Shown here: positions 55,901-57,812 of the stretch, piece by piece
Position numbering within the stretch: position 1 is the first letter of the stretch
Layout: each line of letters starts with the position of its first letter
NCBI RefSeq assembly: GCF_016433145.1
Contig: NC_058133.1
Location: 26,587,791 to 26,645,602, forward strand
Source of the DNA: Gracilinanus agilis
Taxonomy: Eukaryota
Direction: 5' to 3'
DNA length: 57,812 nt
Notes under the pieces: model-generated
Seen by the model: the letters and a program-made list of their open reading frames with translations, nothing else
The model's database searches: none
Told to the model about the DNA's origin: nothing
Made by a program: the position numbers and the translations under genes

Positions 55901-57420
55901 CCCCCACCCTTTGCCTTGGCACCCCCTTCAGGGGCTGGGGCTGGGTGGTCTTGGGGTTGGGAGCGATGGCCCCACTGAAGTGTCACCCCCCTCCCCCATA
56001 TTGCCTGCACAGGTGTGACTCCAGATGACCTGGATGCATTTGTTCGATTTGAGTTCCACTATCCCAGCTCGGTGAGGGGGAGGCCTGCTTCCCTGGGTCG
56101 GTGGGGGGGGAGGGTGTGTGTGTGTGTAAAGAAATGGCCCGTGCTGATTCTCCCACCTTGGACAAGGAGCCCGTCTTCCTAGGCTACCTTGGCCCTTGCT
56201 CCTGGCTCAGTTTCCCCATCTGCTACATGAGGATGTTAGCCTTGATCCCAAAAGCTCCCTCATTCCAACCTCTTCTGCTGATGCCCAGCATGCCCTGCCC
56301 CTTGCCCTGGGCCCAGAGCTCCTGGCTACCCTGGACACCCTGTTCCGTTCATCTGTCCCCAGGACCAGGCCCAGAAAAGCAAAACCTCTGTGGTGAAGAA
56401 TACCAATTCTCCAGGTGGGAGCTCAGAGTGGCCCTCTGCCCCTGGAGGCCAGGAGATGCTGAGAGGGGAGGGAACAGGGAGAGGGAGAGGGTGAGCCTGA
56501 GGCTGGGTGCCCGGGTGGGTCCCCAGGGCTGGCAGCCACTGGGCAGTTTCTGGGAATGGCAGAATTGGGGGCAGGGGACTGAGCTCAAATTCTGCTGCTG
56601 CTTTTCAGCCCCTATGGCCCAGTAACCTTCAAGGTTCCTCCTGGATCAGACGGGGGCCTTCCAGGCCTCCCGAGGCCCATAGTCCCGAGAGCCCCCTCCT
56701 CTTCCACCCGGGGCTCCCCTCACTCACTCCCGCCCCCTCTCCTGGCAGAGTTTGACCAGCTCTTCAAGCTGAACATAAACCGGAACCATCGAAGCTTCCG
56801 CCGGCTGGTCCAGAGCAAGGGAATCAAGTTTGAGATTTTTCACAAGGGGTGAGGCCCAGGCCCAGCAACCCCAGAGTGGGAATCCCCCAGCAGTACCTTT
56901 CAAGATGGGCTTGAATTCCTCTGGGGATGGAGAGCTCGTGACCTTACGTGGCAGGATAGTGTTGGCTCTGATTGTCACAGAATTCTTTTGTTTTGAGCTG
57001 AGAGGGCTAAGCTGAGCCTGGCCCTGTGCCGTCTCCTTCCCTCCCTGTTGGGCCTGGGCATCTGTGCCTCCCAGGGCTCCCCTCAGACCTTCCTCCCCCT
57101 TCTCTGCCCCATCCACAGATCCTTCTTCAGAAGTGATAAGCAGGTTGGGACGGCCCATCTGAAGCTGGAGCGGCTGGAGACCGAGTGTGAAATCAGGGAG
57201 ATCCTGGAGGTAGGGGGGCTGGCCCGGGGGCAGGACCCCAGAGGGCTGGGGGCCGAGAGCTCGCGCTTCCCTGCGGCTCCATTTCTCACAGGTCCTGGAT
57301 GGGAGAAAGCCAACAGGGGGGAAACTGGAGGTGAAGGTGAGACTCCGGGAGCCCCTGAGTGGACAAGACACGCAGATGGTCACCGAGAACTGGCTGGTCC
57401 TGGAGCCCAGGAGCCTCTGA
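40877..57420 (+). CDS. CC2D1B: Coiled-coil and C2 domain-containing protein 1B (4 DM14 + C2; Lgd homolog), 23 coding exons, 2550 nt, 849 aa
   Basis: Exons 40877-40942, 44187-44334, 46902-47014, 47629-47736, 50241-50369, 50529-50775, 51021-51130, 51494-51569, 52032-52124, 52322-52452, 53056-53128, 53352-53479, 53823-53961, 54084-54265, 54495-54620, 54978-55036, 55544-55660, 55777-55850, 56013-56071, 56363-56414, 56749-56848, 57119-57209, 57292-57420. All GT-AG and phase-consistent. Confidence 0.96.
42690..42830 (-). mobile_element. SINE1_Mdo-like SINE
   Basis: CCAAGGCAGAAGAATGGTAAGGGCT..AAGTGACTTGCCCAGG..TTTGAACCCAGG. Confidence 0.75.
44187..44334 (+). CDS. CC2D1B: CC2D1B coding exon 2
   Basis: LGLFMEFNPEDMFLEAEDFGDDDGDLEAELLALTG..PKGK. 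Confidence 0.95.
44864..45470 (+). mobile_element. Solo ERV1-type LTR, family B copy 1 (607 bp)
   Basis: TG...CA termini (TGTGA...TTACA); 4-bp TSD ACTC at 44860-44863 and 45471-45474. Orientation inferred from plus-strand donor-like sites. Confidence 0.88.
46902..47014 (+). CDS. CC2D1B: CC2D1B coding exon 3
   Basis: APLPMAHIEKLAAECMQDVGNEASDEEDEALETDTDLL. Confidence 0.95.
47629..47736 (+). CDS. CC2D1B: CC2D1B coding exon 4
   Basis: AELQEVLGEEEKEEDGELNSPDEVVPMQASAPAGLE. Confidence 0.88.
48433..49122 (-). mobile_element. Solo ERV1-type LTR, family B copy 2 (690 bp), inverted relative to copy 1
   Basis: TGTAAA...TTCACA termini; 4-bp TSD CCAC at 48429-48432 and 49123-49126; reverse complement shares TTTAGATTTAATCACCAA and AATCAGAATCGACT..GGCAGTCCTAAG with 44864-45020. 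Confidence 0.88.
49150..49840 (-). mobile_element. Old L2 fragment
   Basis: AATGAGTTCAGTTTGGGTCATGCTGAGTTT and GTTGGGGGATTGGGAGGAGG motifs. Approximate. Confidence 0.55.
50241..50369 (+). CDS. CC2D1B: CC2D1B coding exon 5 (DM14-1)
   Basis: LLEERIANYQAAVTSAKEAGEGAKARRCERGLK. Confidence 0.96.
50529..50775 (+). CDS. CC2D1B: CC2D1B coding exon 6
   Basis: TLETQLTAVKKGRKINEEEIPPPVALG..ASALEP. Confidence 0.94.
51021..51130 (+). CDS. CC2D1B: CC2D1B coding exon 7 (DM14-2)
   Basis: DSRMMLLTRQKEYKAAALKAKQEGDLEQAREYMRIGK. Confidence 0.95.
51494..51569 (+). CDS. CC2D1B: CC2D1B coding exon 8
   Basis: KFGAVLEALDRGQPVDLSGMPPTPS. Confidence 0.95.
52032..52124 (+). CDS. CC2D1B: CC2D1B coding exon 9
   Basis: ELEVPQKARPAPSPAPLEHSKPVMSAPPPAP. 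Confidence 0.85.
52322..52452 (+). CDS. CC2D1B: CC2D1B coding exon 10 (DM14-3)
   Basis: QTVLEALGQRLGKYQEAAAQAKSSGDERKARMHGRIAK. Confidence 0.94.
53056..53128 (+). CDS. CC2D1B: CC2D1B coding exon 11
   Basis: QYQDAIQALKAGRKVNLAELPVPP. Confidence 0.95.
53352..53479 (+). CDS. CC2D1B: CC2D1B coding exon 12
   Basis: GFPPIPGLE..EEKDEDEEEDK. Confidence 0.92.
53823..53961 (+). CDS. CC2D1B: CC2D1B coding exon 13
   Basis: EEALPQAPVAKKPAQRPSQ..TLSPA. Confidence 0.9.
54084..54265 (+). CDS. CC2D1B: CC2D1B coding exon 14 (DM14-4)
   Basis: AQEQLALLESRRLQCQRAALQAKRAKDLEQAKAHLRAAK..GAK. Confidence 0.93.
54495..54620 (+). CDS. CC2D1B: CC2D1B coding exon 15
   Basis: LASPLTDEDGGFVLICHEDLGLSQKAEEVYAQLHKMLKEQQE; G-rich weak acceptor. 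Confidence 0.88.
54978..55036 (+). CDS. CC2D1B: CC2D1B coding exon 16
   Basis: KCLLYSKQFMHQGNVAETT. Confidence 0.95.
55544..55660 (+). CDS. CC2D1B: CC2D1B coding exon 17
   Basis: FEKLAQDRKKQLEILQLAQAQGLDPPSHRFEEKTFRTV. Confidence 0.96.
55777..55850 (+). CDS. CC2D1B: CC2D1B coding exon 18 (C2)
   Basis: IFSELNSTEMHLLIVRGMNLPAPP. Confidence 0.96.
56013..56071 (+). CDS. CC2D1B: CC2D1B coding exon 19 (C2)
   Basis: GVTPDDLDAFVRFEFHYPSS. Confidence 0.96.
56363..56414 (+). CDS. CC2D1B: CC2D1B coding exon 20 (C2)
   Basis: DQAQKSKTSVVKNTNSP. Confidence 0.95.
56749..56848 (+). CDS. CC2D1B: CC2D1B coding exon 21 (C2)
   Basis: EFDQLFKLNINRNHRSFRRLVQSKGIKFEIFHK. Confidence 0.96.
57119..57209 (+). CDS. 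CC2D1B: CC2D1B coding exon 22 (C2)
   Basis: SFFRSDKQVGTAHLKLERLETECEIREILE. Confidence 0.96.
57292..57420 (+). CDS. CC2D1B: CC2D1B last coding exon
   Basis: VLDGRKPTGGKLEVKVRLREPLSGQDTQMVTENWLVLEPRSL*; TGA 57418-57420. Confidence 0.96.
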   Translation, partial: VLDGRKPTGGKLEVKVRLREPLSGQDTQMVTENWLVLEPRSL

Positions 57421-57812
57421 GGTCAGCCCTCGTCCCTGCGTCGACTGCCAGGGTGGGCGAGGGGGCCTGCAGGGACGCCGGCCCAGGGGTGGCGCTCAGG
57501 GCTGGGGTCGGGGGGTTCCTTCCAGGATCAAGAATTCTGCCCCGACGCTCGGAGGCCCTGACCTCAGCCATTCCCCCTCTCGGGCCCCCACCGGTCAGAG
57601 CCCACCTCGGCCTTCTGCTTCGTTGCAGCCACGCCGGGCCTCCGGAGCTTCGGCCCCACAGAAGATGCTGCTACCCCGAGCACCAAAGACTTGTTAGTAA
57701 CTGCACTACCCACCGCGCTTCACGCCCCGAGAGCCCGGAGCTGCCCCGGTGCCGTTGGGCCACTGAGTGGCGGTGACGGACCCTCCGCCCTCAGCACAGG
57801 AGCCGAGCCCCG

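Overview
Mammalian genomic DNA, most likely a didelphid opossum (SINE1_Mdo-like and MAR1-like SINEs; inferred). It is syntenic with the human TUT4-PRPF38A-ORC1-CC2D1B block. Contents: the 3' end of TUT4/ZCCHC11 (+); a complete PRPF38A (-, 10 coding exons, 313 aa); a complete ORC1 (+, 16 coding exons, about 910 aa) sharing a bidirectional CpG-island promoter with PRPF38A; and the complete CDS of CC2D1B (+, 23 coding exons, 849 aa). All exon chains were assembled by hand with GT-AG junctions and consistent phases. Main observation: ORC1 exon 8 carries a 24 x 12-bp coding minisatellite encoding (TPSK)-like repeats, giving 17 full CDK consensus sites in 96 residues with no acidic residue, in the ORC1 disordered region. 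The PP1-docking motif and BAH domain also differ from human. Other notable items: a ~94%-identical inverted SINE pair in PRPF38A intron 5, a stop-free in-frame last intron of PRPF38A, a degenerate fourth DM14 repeat in CC2D1B, four solo ERV1-type LTRs each with a perfect 4-bp TSD, and a young hAT MITE with a perfect 8-bp TSD. Human comparisons and repeat family names are from memory and need database confirmation; old LINE boundaries are approximate.
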